Under the pieces are notes generated by a model that searched no databases, was not told the DNA's origin, and saw only the letters and a list, made by a program, of their open reading frames with translations. Shown here in pieces: positions 27,796 through 27,974 of a stretch of DNA of 27,974 nt. This stretch comes from Campylobacterota bacterium. Its GTDB lineage: Bacteria > Campylobacterota > Campylobacteria > Campylobacterales > Arcobacteraceae. Within the stretch, counting starts at the first letter, position 1. Every line of letters begins with the position of its first letter. Position numbers and translations under genes: made by a program. The DNA lies in NCBI GenBank assembly GCA_051746405.1, contig JBNJFB010000029.1, positions 1-27,974 on the forward strand, in the 5' to 3' direction.

Positions 27796-27974
27796 ATGAT
27801 GAAAAAAGATATTTTTAGATTTGAGAGTAAGTCTTTAAATAGTGAAAAACTAGATAAATTAGTAATACAGTACGATGAAGAGTTTTTTTATGTAAACTCA
27901 ATAGCTCATACTTGTATCAACTTTTCAAACTCTAAAATATCTTTTATTTTTGATGAGATAGATAAAAATATTAA
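27796..27974 (+). CDS. Hypothetical protein, 3'-truncated by the window edge
   Basis: ATG 27796 after AAAGG. Open to the end: MMKKDIFRFESKSLNSEKLDKLVIQYDEEFFYVNS... Confidence 0.55.
   Translation, partial: MMKKDIFRFESKSLNSEKLDKLVIQYDEEFFYVNSIAHTCINFSNSKISFIFDEIDKNI

Noticed and set aside
1..27974. CRISPR array, IS/transposase, integrase, tRNA/rRNA
   Set aside because: No regularly spaced repeats, recombinase motifs or structured RNA genes seen. Intergenic gaps are short and AT-rich.

Overview
AT-rich bacterial chromosomal window. Gene content points to Campylobacterota, most likely a marine or halotolerant Arcobacteraceae member (inferred from an HsrA/CosR-like regulator, a CetB-like PAS protein and TATAAT/TAAAAT promoters). 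Left arm: a signalling block (PAS tail, PAS-PAS-HD-GYP, MCP, heme-c-motif GGDEF). Centre: a complete ectoine/hydroxyectoine cluster with unusual architecture, ectABC-orf100-(atypical HsrA/CosR-like OmpR regulator)-ectD-aspartokinase (YclM/AK-III type), preceded by a tandem palindromic operator-like array. Next come a SAM methyltransferase, a cation/H+ antiporter, two more c-di-GMP enzymes, an SDR, a three-gene operon (PD-(D/E)XK-like protein, duplicated-3TM membrane protein, AI-2E transporter), a CNNM/CBS transporter with a candidate leader peptide coupled to an alpha-carbonic anhydrase homologue that has lost two of three Zn ligands, a FlaG-like gene, uvrA and hypotheticals. No rRNA, tRNA, CRISPR array or mobile element was seen. 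The best novelty candidates are the regulator module inside the ect operon and the CNNM + pseudo-carbonic-anhydrase pair. All family assignments come from motif recognition by eye; no database searches were run.
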